Shown piece by piece: positions 51,601 to 64,000 of a stretch of 64,000 bases of DNA (positions are counted from its first letter, which is position 1; every line of letters starts with the position of its first letter). The position numbers and the translations under genes were made by a program. The stretch is from Catajapyx aquilonaris (lineage: Eukaryota), in NCBI GenBank assembly GCA_000934665.2, contig KZ538037.1:1-64000 (forward strand). The letters are read 5' to 3'. The notes under the pieces are model-generated. The model did no database searches. It worked only from the letters and a program-made list of their open reading frames with translations, and was not told the DNA's origin.

Positions 51601-54600
51601 TACCCTTAGGCCATCTTGCCTTCATCTGTTGGCACCCACTGGAATAGCTGCCAACTTTAAAATTAATATCGTGCATATTTTTGCTCCGTTTAAAAAAAAA
51701 AGTCTGATGGTTTCAGGAGCGTAATGTGCGAATTTAATAGCAATGTAGCGAGTGACCAGTTGGAACAGCGGGGACGGGGATTGATTGGGCCCCATTGGGA
51801 ACGTTTACATTTTTACAGGTATTTTTATATCTGAGCAGGGGGCTGTCATCTGCATCGGATTTTTTTTTCATGCACAAGACATGACGTTTAAAAGTTATTT
51901 ACAGCATGGGACATACGGTAAAATCCGGTCAATTCTTTCGCCCCCTAAGGCTTTTTATTGCCTCGATGCTTTTGACTATTGATGAATTGTAATTGCTAGG
52001 GTTTTAATATAAGATGACGGACCAAATGATAACCCATGCAGGTACGCGACAACCGGAAACCCGCTTTGGAACACTGGTTCTGACATGTGCACGCAGCTGT
52101 GGCGCATAGGCTTCATCAGAACCTAAGATGAGTTATCGCCACAAATGAGCAATTTTTCACTCGCAGAATCGTTATTGGATTTGAGGTAACATGTAACGGT
52201 CAGTACCTGATTGGACTCCCCAAAGCGCGTTCGCTCTCAAAAATTGCAATTAGGAATCTGCGATATGATCGAAAACGCTGTCCGAAAACACAAACCAGAA
52301 AGCGAGGATAAATACTTGTCAAAGTCTGCGTTTCCTGGATTTGGTCGCACCTTCTTGGCTTTACAATAATTAATTAAAAACCCAGCAGAGATCGGAATGC
52401 CCTGTAATAAGTGTGCGGTGGTCGCTAATGAGATAATCACACCGCCTGGTTGTAATCGCACCTTTCGGATCTGACAGCGCTCTTTTCTTTGGCAGCGAGT
52501 GGCATTGAATCAGATCAAGATTGTAATACCCTTAGGCTAGTGCATATGGTGTACACGGACATAAAAAACTGCTGTTGATGGACTTTTCCCGATACAACAC
52601 AATGTAATACGCGTGTTATGAAGGCAGGAGGTTCAAGTCAGTTGCGAGTTACACCACGTGTAACCGCGTAACCTGTAATTACAATCCTGTGCCCATCAGC
52701 TTTATTAATGGTACGTCGACCATTAGGAGGTCGCTTTTGTACTGGTTTTGTACATATGACAATGACTGTGTGTGTCTGGGAAGCGCAAGATAAGTGTGCG
52801 GATCATATAGGAAGGAAGGGAAAGTTGTGTGAGGCAGATGGGCAGGTGGGCAAAAAGCAAAGGTATAGGAGTGGGGGTGCCTGGAGGGTGGGATGGGGGT
52901 GGGCGAGTGCATGGATGGCATCATGGCATGGCTTGGCATGGCTATGGCGGCCGCGGATGGTATTTAGTGGTTCACCGGCGTACCGTGACCGTCTCCGTAA
53001 CCGCCCACTGCAACCTGTGGCAGGCAGGCAGCCCAAGGTAATCGATCTTGCCTAGCTGCCCTGTGTGAATGGGCCTTTTCTCATCTCTGTCGGACTTTTC
53101 TGCATAGCAAACAGGTCAAAGTGTGCGTGTGACCTGCTGGGTGCGTAAGTGAGGACGCAGCCAGTACCCATATGTGTAGTGGAGTGCGTGGCAGTAGTGA
53201 GGGTGGGACATGTCGGTCACCGTTGTTGTCACCATAGTGCGCTCTTGTTGGACCCCCCTCGTTAGTCAAGTTGGTCCTACGCTGTGGGTAAGTCGTCTGG
53301 TGCAACACACCCTCCCCGCCCTCCCCCTGCTTCCACCTGATTATTTTGGAGGACCTGCGCACATGTCAGCCCCCATGCTCGCACCCTCAGGCTCAACCCT
53401 ACATTGGAAGGGTGGGAAGCAATGTGTTCATATGGCAATCTGGTAATGAGAATAATGCTTTCTTAGCACTAAGGATGTCCTCACGCAATATATCAAAACT
53501 GGTCAGAGTGGAACCTCTTCGCTTGACTGAATTCGTGACTCATCAGTATGGTTCAAACTTGCTTCCTTTGGGAGAAATGCGGAATGGTTACAGTGGTATA
53601 ACTGTTAGAGAGTTTATGACAATTTCTATGCTCTCATGGACTTTCGGATGATAGACATTGTCACTGCTATCGAGTTATAATGGTAGACACACTTTGAGGC
53701 AAAGAAAGTTAAACTAGACTGAATAAAATTTCAGACTTTCCCCTTATTACTTCAAGCAGCTCTCTCAGTTGAAGGAAACCGTAAATAATGCTAGAAATAT
53801 TTGGTAATTTTAATATTTTCAACGCGTGAGTAGCATGTACGCATAGTTGGCTGGATATTACAGTGGCTATTACCTTATAATTTGACAGCAAAAAGTGGTC
53901 CAACTTAGTTTGGCATTTCATTGCACATTTGCTTTTATCATACTGCTATGTGTTTTGGTTACAAAGGTCAAGTAGCGCGTGTTAGGCTACATGTGTAAAA
54001 AATTGCTTAGGCGCAATCTGCACCATATGTATAATAAGAAGGCACAGCAATATAACTTAATATAAAAACTAGGCCATGAGCTCAGTATAGTAGTTTTGCT
54101 CTACAGCATGTTTGTGCCCCATATACTCCCAGAGTTTGTATGATTTATCAGAATTATTGTTGTCTGCTCAAACTGCTACTAATCGAAATCTCTTGAAATG
54201 TCAAATTTTAATGTAACAATTGCTAGGCTATGTAATCAGACATCCCTGATCGATACGATATTCTTGGGATTGAAAGAGCGTGCGTTCTGAGAGGGGACGT
54301 TAGGTTTTAGTATACATATGACTATTTCTGTTTAAGCTTACAGTGAAATTACATATCAGATGTTTGGAATTAAAGGACAACCGTAATATTATATAAGGAG
54401 ACCCATGCAGTTGCCGACAACTTTAATTTGAATTGGCAAAGTTAGTTGTGGAAAGTCTTGCACTAATACTAAACAATGCCTAATATCATAATATAATATT
54501 TGAGTGACAGTTAGCTACGTAAAGAGTTCAATATTCTGCATATGTTTAAATTAGTTTGTCAGCTTGTATATAGCAGCTGTATTACTCTATTACAGGCCTA

Positions 54601-56363
54601 CGGCAAGGTATGTTGGGCAATTTAGACAACTTCCTACATTAATATCACTTTTACTGGTAACACCTCAAAAATATGTTAATATGGGTTTTTGTCATATGGA
54701 GACAGCCAAATAATTCCGGGAATGATTAAAAATTTACCCATGACTTTATTGGAATCGTTCGTGGCCTGCTGCACAGACTAAACTAAAAAAGCGGAACCAT
54801 GTCATGTGGTCATTGTTTCTACCAACCTGTACTTCATAGTGGGAATGACTATTCACTTTTGGTAAGCCTGAAAACTACTTCTGTGTCACTTGCGAGAGAG
54901 GGTTTACCTCCCCGTCCCCTTCTTTATAGAGATGGTAAAAATTTATGGACTGGCTAAGAAAATCATAAAGGTTTGCAGAGAAATATTGTTATCTCTCCCA
55001 TCTTTCTTTCCTTGACTATCAAACCATGAAGACATAACAGAACTACTGCAACAATGTTTTACATTTTTAAGAGAGCAACAAAATATGCTGTAAATTACAG
55101 GGCATCAGCCTGTACACAATTTGCAAACCTATATAACTCATTATAGCCACTATCCTTATCCACAACTTATGTTAATTAATTGAATAATATTTAGCAGCTA
55201 TAAGAAGTCGGCTAGTGTAAAGAAGTCAATAAAAATCTTGCGATCAAATGGCTTATTGCGAGTAGCTATGTTGTATTTAGCTACTTTTTCGCTTGAGAAA
55301 TCGTGTCATCTACCTCTCACCGCTGTTTTGGCTGACATATATAACAGCCTAATTAAGGTTTTATAGTGTTATTCCGCCTTTTTGTCACGCCTCTTTTCAT
55401 TACGTGCGCCTAGCGGATGAAATTATATCGCCCTTAATCACGTTGGATTCCCCAAGGGTTTCAGAATTTTTGCGTAACTGTACCCTTTGTTTATGGCGTC
55501 AACCCATTGTGACGATTCAGCTTGCATAAATTTGGGTATATATCAAATATCTAAAATAGGTTCTGAAATATTATTTATGCCTTTTTCTATTGCTTGTATA
55601 GACTACCGGTATATGAGATTAAGCTGGTATTGTTTCGTACAAAATTCACGCCGCATATTCATAGTCACACTCGAATAATCACGTGCACGTGTGGGGCAAG
55701 TAATCACAAAATACCTCGTAAAAAGTGAGCCTGCGAAGATTAGTATGTATGCAAGTACAGGACAATAGGCGTACAAGGCGAGGCATGTGGACACGGCCTG
55801 TGGTTATGAAATGAATTATTCACCAGATCCCTAGCAACGTGGAGAAGCAAGTAATCGCCAGTGGCCCACCATAGCTGGAAATGTTTTTTTTTTTTGTTTT
55901 TTTTTGTTTTTTTGTTTTGAACCCCCTACCCACCCCTGACTGATGAGCTGGTATAGTGTGCACGTGGTAATGTTCAGAATTCCATCCGTACATAATAAAC
56001 GTGGGGTATAGTCCGACGTGCAGACCCGCTCATCATACCTGCCATTAGAGCCAAAATGGTTCCCACGAGGAAATCAGATCTGACAGCGTTATCACATCCG
56101 ACACTCGCCTATGTAGTAAATCATTCTTTTGGGCCTGATTGATTTGCAGGCCCACAGCCCCGATCCCGGTCGGCAAAATGTATGCATATCTGCGATGGTG
56201 GGATGCGCTTGTATTACACACCGGTACACATTATTCGGCTCTTGTTCGTGCCTGGGCGTACAATTTTGAGTGATTAGATGGCACTATCGCTGTCAGCATG
56301 TGTTGAAGAGCGAATATGGCGAGGGAAAAATGTGGCCAAATGTGTTTGGTACAGTGCTGGACA

Positions 56364-56407
56364 TTAATGGTGTTGTACTGGTGGCGCCACCAGTACGACA
56401 CCATTAA
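56364..56407. repeat. 44-bp spacer-less palindrome bounded by TTAA
   Basis: ttaatggtgttgtactggtggc|gccaccagtacgacaccattaa; one mismatch. Confidence 0.9.
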
Positions 56408-59400
56408 ATGGATGGGCTGTCAAAAATGTATCCTCGAGCCACACTGTCTATCCTACACTGACAGTTATTTGTGATAGTCATTTCAATCTGTTTTCATAAG
56501 TAGACTCGCTTTCAGATATGTCACCCTCCGGAGTTGAGACAGTTAGCAGTCCAGCGTATTGTGACTCAGTAGAGTATGAGTAGGGGCAAAGGTGAGTACA
56601 ATATTGAATGGAATACTCGGCAGCAGATGGTCTGTACCGCCAACAAACAGTAGTAAGACTGAGAATATAAATTAGACCTACTGAAGGGCTATAAACAGAG
56701 TACTCGTAAATCTCCGCGCTGTTAACTGAATCCTAAAGCAAATGGGCAATTCTAATCTCCATTACACTTAATTACGTCACAGCTTTCTGAAAGTTTAACT
56801 CCGATCTAAGTTGAACGAGGAGACGAGGGGAGCTTGGGAGATGATTATAGCATGCCTAACGCTTCCGTCCTTCTTATACTGGGCTCATGGGACCTTTCTT
56901 TTCAATACATGGCTTCTTCTCGCATTGTCTCCTGTCATTTCCCACCGTATTTCTCACCCTCGTGAGCGCAAAACGTGAAAACGCCCATTTTTTTTAACGG
57001 CACCGATTAGTACGGTGGCTAAATTGGCTAGTATGTTCATATGACTGTTTTATTAATTACCATTACATTTTTATAGAAATAACAAGTGGTGCTCTCATTA
57101 ACTTGGGACATGGGCGATGGCAGCCAATTACGGTATATTTGATTGCCGGGGCTCGATGTTTCAGTTTTATTTGTAGAGTAATGTGAGCGCATGGTCTGCT
57201 CCAAATGGTGAAACAATATTCCAATTTGCGCACGTGGTAGTGTGTTAACGCGTATGTGCAGGGTGTGACATAGGGTGTTCCAATTGGTTGGTGCTAATCT
57301 GCTTATTTTTTTAATAATAAATTTTGAGGGTATACATATTAGCTGATAATATTAGGTTGTGTGAACCAATCATTCCAATTGTTCCAACGGGCCATTTCCA
57401 ATTGGATATAAAATGCATGATTCAATTCGGCCTAATAATATAACTTCAGTAGAAAAATCACTAACCACCATTACAGCCTGCTGCATATATAGGGCCATAT
57501 CTGCCCCGGGGCAAAAGTAATATTCGTTGGCCGCCAGACTGACGCAGCAGCTCGCTGGCTGGAAGGGCAAAAAGAATCCTTATCAGCAAGCAGACGAAAC
57601 GAAAGATTTCTGTAATTTTCGGAAGAGATACAAGGAGAATTTCCTTGAAGTTTAATGCTGGCAATTTCCCCCTTTAGTATAAATAAAAACGTTATTGCTT
57701 TTTCTGAAATGTAGAGCAGGTAAAATGTTGAATTGTGTAGAAGTATTTTTCATTTCCCTTCCATCCTTCCCTTGAATTTATGGCTCCGTAAAATGCAGCA
57801 GATGAAATTCCGAGATTGGTCCAAAGTTTTCATAGAGGCTGAGCCCGGCTGCTTTAGGGGTTGTAATTTCTCAAGAAAAGAGCGGGCTGGCCTGTGAACG
57901 TCTTTGCCAACGGACGTTATGGCGCCTGGAATTCCAAGCTCGTCGGCATTATTGCTGCGGAATCCCAGTTGGGCGCATTGCAACGGCCTTTGTGATGGCT
58001 TCAAGGAGCAGCAGCCATACAGTATGCTATGATATTCCATGCTACCCTATATGTTAGACTGTGTTCCGTTTCTTTTTGAATTGCAATGAAATACATCAAC
58101 AGCAGGCAATGTGTGTCTGAAATTTATTGCTGAAAATCTCTCGGACTCTTGCTTCAAATATCAAGGTCGAAGTATTGCTGATAGCTGTGCCCAATCAATG
58201 TATGGGAATTTCACATACCGTGTTGATGATTTAGCGAGATTATTATTAGCATTCGTGAGGCTATTCCGGTTGCTTGATCGTGCCAAATGCAGTTCGTGTT
58301 CAGTTGATTAATAAACACTTTTGAGGTCGTCTGTCCCAGTTTTCAGGGGCTTATTGTTTCCCAGCTGGTCTCTCGCGTGAAACTGTTCCTCCATGCATGT
58401 CGTCGACTTGTTTTCGTAGGTCTGGGTTTCTTGGGAATACGGCTGCTTGTCATCAACCACTTTTCCCATAGCGGGACTCTATGCCTTTTGCCAGTACGCA
58501 TATACCCAGCAGGTGTTAACTTATCATAGTAAAACACATGTACTAATGTAAGTGTATAGTTTCACCATTGCAGTGTGAACAATAATTTTGGAATTATGTC
58601 AGTTATGTTTGCCCAATTATTTGCTTGAATTACTAAGAATTCATTGAAAACAGACCGAAAAATTGTGGCATGATTAATAATTTCCTTCCGATTAAGCTGG
58701 GGGAAGGGCAAAAAGCACTGTAAAATACTTCGCAACCAAAATTAGTAAGTGGATCTACTCAGGCATATGGAATATTCCATCCATACACATAATATGTTAT
58801 AAGATAACAGGTTTAGTATAAATTGCAGGCTTATTATATATTCAGTGAAAATTGGGACCTTGACCAGCCGCGTGTATAGACTTGAATGATAATTATATTT
58901 GCATTTCCTCTACATATAAATTGAGTAGCCTAATAAACTCAAGAAAATTATTAATTTTCTCTACGCATATAATTTTTTAATGCTCATTTCTGTAATTTTT
59001 TCAAAAGTAGATAAAATATTTTGTAGTACTTGGTCCAGCAACCATATTTCCTGAATTGTAGCTTCTGCACATTGCATAATCACATCAAGTCAAATTAACT
59101 GTTACAATAATGACTTACAAAATCACTCGTTACTTTGCCTTATAACTGCCGTAATACCAACCTGATATCCTAAACTATCTTGCTACAGTAATTTGAAAAG
59201 AATATTCTTGAAATTTTGAACTTCCAAAAATTGTTTGTTGAACATATGGATTAGCACTGCCATCCTTTAAATCATATGCATTCAAACATCTTCGTATTGG
59301 CTCTAGGTCAACAGACCACTTATTCATTCGCCCCTCCAGGCTTACATACACCCAGTAGACAGCTGTATTTGTAGTTGTAAATAAATCTACCGGAATATCT

Positions 59401-59449
59401 GTCCATTAACATGACAGATGGTCATATTGTGTAAAACCATCCACGAGCG

Positions 59450-62400
59450 AAAACGAATAAGGTGATGAGCCCCTCAACATATCATTTTTCCTAAACAGAG
59501 GGACCCCATGTTCAGTGGGCGAATACAACTTGCCCCGAGGATCAATTTTTTTAGCACATTTTTATGAGCTGGTTCTACTCTTTTAATTAGGGAATGGGAG
59601 AGAGAGGGGGGAGAGACTGGTAGGCGGAATTCCATGGAAGAGTTAACGTGACTTCCCGTTGCCGGAGGCTTCCATCCGGTTGTCTCTGCTTTTTATTTCT
59701 TCCTATCTGGCCTGCGTATGGCGCACTGGCAGCGCTTCATAAAAGAGACCAAAAAAGTATATAAAAAAAGAACAGGGTGGATTCTGGGTGGGTCTGATTC
59801 TGGCAGGGTAAGGGCCCAATCACACTGTGTCCCAGACACTCTGATCATCCAAGAGGCTTAAGGAGCACCCCCCCCCCCCCTCTTTCAAATGGTTCGATTG
59901 GCCAGACGGGGGGGTGGAAGGCTTATTTCAATTGGAATGTGAAATAAGGGCACAATTTGAGCAGATCTCGTTTTCTCCCAGATTACCCCTCACAAGATTT
60001 TTCCTTCCTTCTGGGGCCCAATAACATGTTGATTTCGTATATATAGAGGGGCTGAAGTGGTGCTTTGTAGGAGAATGGAATTCGGTTCTTGTACGTATAA
60101 TGTCTCTGGAGCGTCCAAAGTAGCGGGGAAGGGAAAATGATAAAAAGCGGAAGTATTGGATTGTTCAAGATTAACTATTATTAGATTCTTGGTGGATAGG
60201 GGGGGGGGGGNGGGGGGGGAAGTCAACACCTGCTGCTTAATCAGAGCAACATTTTTATTGAATGCCTGTAAGCAATAAGCATGGTCATATAGTCATTCAA
60301 AGGTTAATCAACATGTAAATTAAGTACATAATAACCGCTCATTTTTTTGAACCGTTCATGACCTGGAGGTTTGACTAACCTTTCTACACCAAGTCCTTGG
60401 AAGCCATCTATATACGTGCCGGCAGCTGAGTTATCGACTGTATGCTATATCATGGATGATTTCGCGCCTGTCCATTCACCCACCTGGCGCATTGTCCGTT
60501 TTATTGTCCTTAATTTCTCGCAACTGTCGGATTCGACGAAGAACTGAATTTTTTAACGAGTGGTGCAGGGAATCATTCCATACCCCCCTGAGGCTGTCAT
60601 AAACCAATCTTTTAGTCAGTCAATATCATGGTGGGAGAAAAGTTGTTGGAAATAGAAGAGGATTTTTCTCATGTTGCAGAAAGAGGAAATGTGCAGTGCC
60701 GATGATTGCGCGTGTTTCTTGGCGCCTCATAAGCGGATGGGAAATTCACGGGCTTCCTCCTTCATTTCCTTTTGGAAGGCAAAATAGGCGCTGGGGCTTG
60801 GCATTTTTATTATTGGCAGGCATTATTTTTCAGACGTGCCGAGATGTTAATGAGATAGGAAGAAGGAAGGGCGGGTATATAGTTGAAGGGGGGGGGGGGT
60901 GAAAAAGGGGAGGTATTTTTACAATCCTACAGCAAGCCCAGCAGAGAAGAGCTAACGAGGCAGCTGTATATATAGTGTGGGACAAGTTACCCCGCTGCGA
61001 ACCTGCTTTTCTGTTGGTTGCTTTGGTGGCCATGTTGTTCGCTTCCATGTGAGCTGGGCTAAGGCCTCAGACTTTTAGTGGTGGGACGCTCATTAATTTC
61101 TCAGCAGGCTTGGAATGCTACGCCAACCCACATATGCTGGGAACCACTTTTCGAACCGATCTGGTCCCTTCATTATTTTTTGGAGGGGGTAGGGGACTAG
61201 GACCCCTCCCCTTGATGCATACACATTTGGTTTGGCGGCCATTTTGCGGCGAATGTGGTGGCACGTGCAAAAAGAAGTGTATTCGTATGTTGCATACAAG
61301 CATTTTATAGTCGGGTTTTATGACCTTGCGCACTGACAACCATTTACTCACTGTCAGGAATGAACTGGCGATCAAGTGAGGTTCAACGGTTGATGTGGCC
61401 ACCATTGAATTCAACTCACTGACGTGTTGAAAGGCGCAATGTAACAAGTTAGCGTGGAAAAAAAAAAGTCTGAACATACACTCGGTGATGAAGAGGAACG
61501 ATTTGGTACCAGCTTTGAGAGAGGTTATAAAAAAAGGGAAGAAACCAGTATTGTGGGACTGTGCCAATATGAAAGTTGAAGAAGAGGTAGCAATTTCACG
61601 CTATTCTTTATAATCACTTGAAGGGTCAGGAATAACAGCTCTGATTCAAGTGGTCTAGTCAGTCTGCGCACAATGAGTTGGGCACTGAATCAGAAAGGTT
61701 GTCTAACGGTATTGCAGTCAATTTATACCAGCTCCCGAAGGCAATTATTCTGTTTCTCCCTTGTCACTACCGAATGTGTGCCATAAAAGCCTATGGAAGA
61801 AACAAAGCCTGCCTGATGACTCATTAAATGGTAGCTTTCGTAGCTATGGAAACTGATTATTCCCTGGCCCTTAAATAAGTGTGATCGTTATTCGCCAGAT
61901 CTCCAGGACAAGCTTAGGATAATGCGCAAAATGGACTTTTTTTTAGGGTGCGAAGGATTTGGAAGCGACAGTGGAATTTAGTGGTTGCGATAAGCTGTAT
62001 ATATGAAATTGGGAGCTTCCGAACTATAAATAGCAAGCTCATTAAGCTTCGGAGCGTGAAAGAGCAGCGGGACGTGTTATAGTGTGAGCTTTTCGTGCAA
62101 GGAATACAACTTGAGAGTAATCAGCTTATATGTTATTAAGATAAGCGATGAAGCAAACATACTCAACGCGCAAACTCTTGTTCAAGCAAAAAAAATATAT
62201 GGAAGTAAAATGGCAAAACCTTACTTAGAATCCCTAGAGTATGAAGCTGAATATTCATGCCACACGGATTGCTGCTCAAGTGGATCTTAAAATTGGAACG
62301 CACGTTTTTAGTGACCACAAAGTTCGGTTAGTTGGTAGATGATCGCAATTATTTCTCCCAAATTTTCCTGTAATTCCAGAGTCGCTCAATTTGGCTCAGA

Positions 62401-63300
62401 ACTGCGGTTCTTCTTATATAGGCCCCCCCCTCTATACATAAACTGGACAATGGTGTACAGTGGGAGGTGGTGGTATAGACCGAATGGTGCAGAAAGACGT
62501 CATAAAAGAACCTCAGCGAAGAAAAGCCGGACCGTTGGCAGCATCGGAGTGGGAGGCTATTAATTTGGGCCTGGCCTGGCCATTTGCCGCAGCATGGCGG
62601 CCATTTTGGATGAGAGAAGCTGTTGGTCCAGGGGAAGCAGCAGCACAACCTAGTGCTAACAGCTAAAGAGCCCACCAGCACGTTCTGCACTTTTTTTCCC
62701 CCTCCCCTTCTACCTCCTCCCTAGGCCCCATCAACCTACCCCTTTACCACCCCCTTCTTCTTCTTCTACTCCTCCTCTCTTCCTCTTTGCTTGTGCCAGA
62801 ACCATTTGGTCGGGCGGGAATCGATTCGTCCCGCGGCCATAAAGGGGAGCCCGCTGTTGCAAAGGCGATTATTTCCCCAAATGGGCGTTAGGAAGAAACG
62901 CCGCCCAAGGACATTTCCTCGGCGGAAAAAGCTCTTTTTTGGGCCCAGGGTATATAGGATGGAGGCAGAGGGAGGAATGAGGGGTGGGGGGGATGGAGAC
63001 CAGAGAGGCACTTTGGCCAGGGCCTGGGTTTTTTGCAGCTAAAGCTCCTCCTCGGAGAGATAGCACGTCTTTTGCTGCAGGTCTATACACGTTCGGTACA
63101 CTCACCAGGGCGAGCTTATCTTGGGTCCGGGGTGAGAGGGTTCCATTTTTATATAGGACCAGCGGCTATGTGGATTCAAATCGGGTCATTTTTAAGGAGA
63201 TATGGCTATGCAGCGAGAAGAAAAAAAAATTACCGAATTAAGGTAACCAATAGCCTAATTGAACTCCTTTAGAAAGAAACTAGGGGGGGATGATGAATGA
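59450..63300. promoter_or_regulatory. Putative cis-regulatory block (GC-richer, TE-poor)
   Basis: No TIR elements seen; CpG-containing; poly-G/C and CT-rich tracts; repeated tggcggccattttg at 61233 and 62595. Function is inferred only. Confidence 0.3.
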
Positions 63301-63883
63301 AACTTTTTTATGTTGAATGAACCCTCCTCCGTGTCATAACTTGAACGTTGTATAGGTTGTGAATGAAAAATGGACAATTAGGCACCATTCATTCGCGGAA
63401 GCACAAAGTGTATAAATACCATCAAGTGGTAGTACGCATGAATCTGTCGATTAACGTATTAGATTGCCGGTCGATTAGCAAAGTCGACGATTGATTTAGT
63501 GCGACCTGCACCCTTGAACAAAGTCTGTTAGGGTCCATTTTCAGGTTATTGCAATCACTTTCAAGATGTTATAGGCCGTTAAAATGAGTATAAATGGACA
63601 TTTATGCTTATTTTCTTGGTGTGTTTGCTACAGACGTTGGATTCTACAGTGCAACACTTCGTGCTGGTGTGTATGCCTTTTTTGTGTGTGTCACATGAGA
63701 AGCAGAGTGCATTGGCTCGAAATTGCTACTGAGCCTAAACTCAGGACGTGTAATTGCTTCTTTGCTGCTTGCGTATGTTTATTACTAGAAGAGACGCTTC
63801 TCGAGGGAAATTGTTGATAAATGTGCCATTTTCGCAACACGATACTATGCCGTTTCTAACACATATGGGATCATATATCCCGA

Positions 63884-63903
63884 TTATTATTATTATTATT
63901 ATT
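63884..63903 (+). repeat. (ATT)n microsatellite
   Basis: About 7 ATT units. Confidence 0.9.
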
Positions 63904-64000
63904 GATCTTTAGGCTGATTATGAAAATTGTGGATTATCTTAATAAAGCTCAATGCTCAATGCCTGGTGGCACATGTATACAATGTTAAAATGTGTTGGTG

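Noticed and set aside
36720..57115. Exact 16-mer aacttgggacatgggc at 36720 and 57100
   Set aside because: About one 16-bp match is expected by chance in a 64-kb self-comparison, and the flanks do not align.
61118..61567. 149-aa ORF
   Set aside because: No homology recognisable by eye; includes a homopolymer-derived FFF stretch.

Overview
Eukaryotic, most likely invertebrate/arthropod (inference), non-coding DNA: a large intron or intergenic tract. I cannot support any intact protein-coding gene, rRNA, true tRNA, CRISPR array or known miRNA. The listed ORFs are short, overlap on both strands and show no recognisable domains. AT-rich stretches are packed with small transposon derivatives: TA-flanked Tc1/mariner/pogo-type MITEs (one nested pair, one 4-copy and one 3-copy family), a hAT MITE with an 8-bp TSD, a Harbinger-like MITE, a decayed mariner transposase, two tRNA-derived SINEs with TSDs, and two very short 5'-truncated retroposon ends with TSDs. 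They alternate with largely TE-free, GC-richer blocks that look like cis-regulatory DNA (inference). The most unusual structures are several near-perfect spacer-less palindromes, including a back-to-back double palindrome (22315-22449) that spells out both strands of a 67-bp unit. I did not find convincing evidence of a new multi-gene system. All alignments were made by eye.
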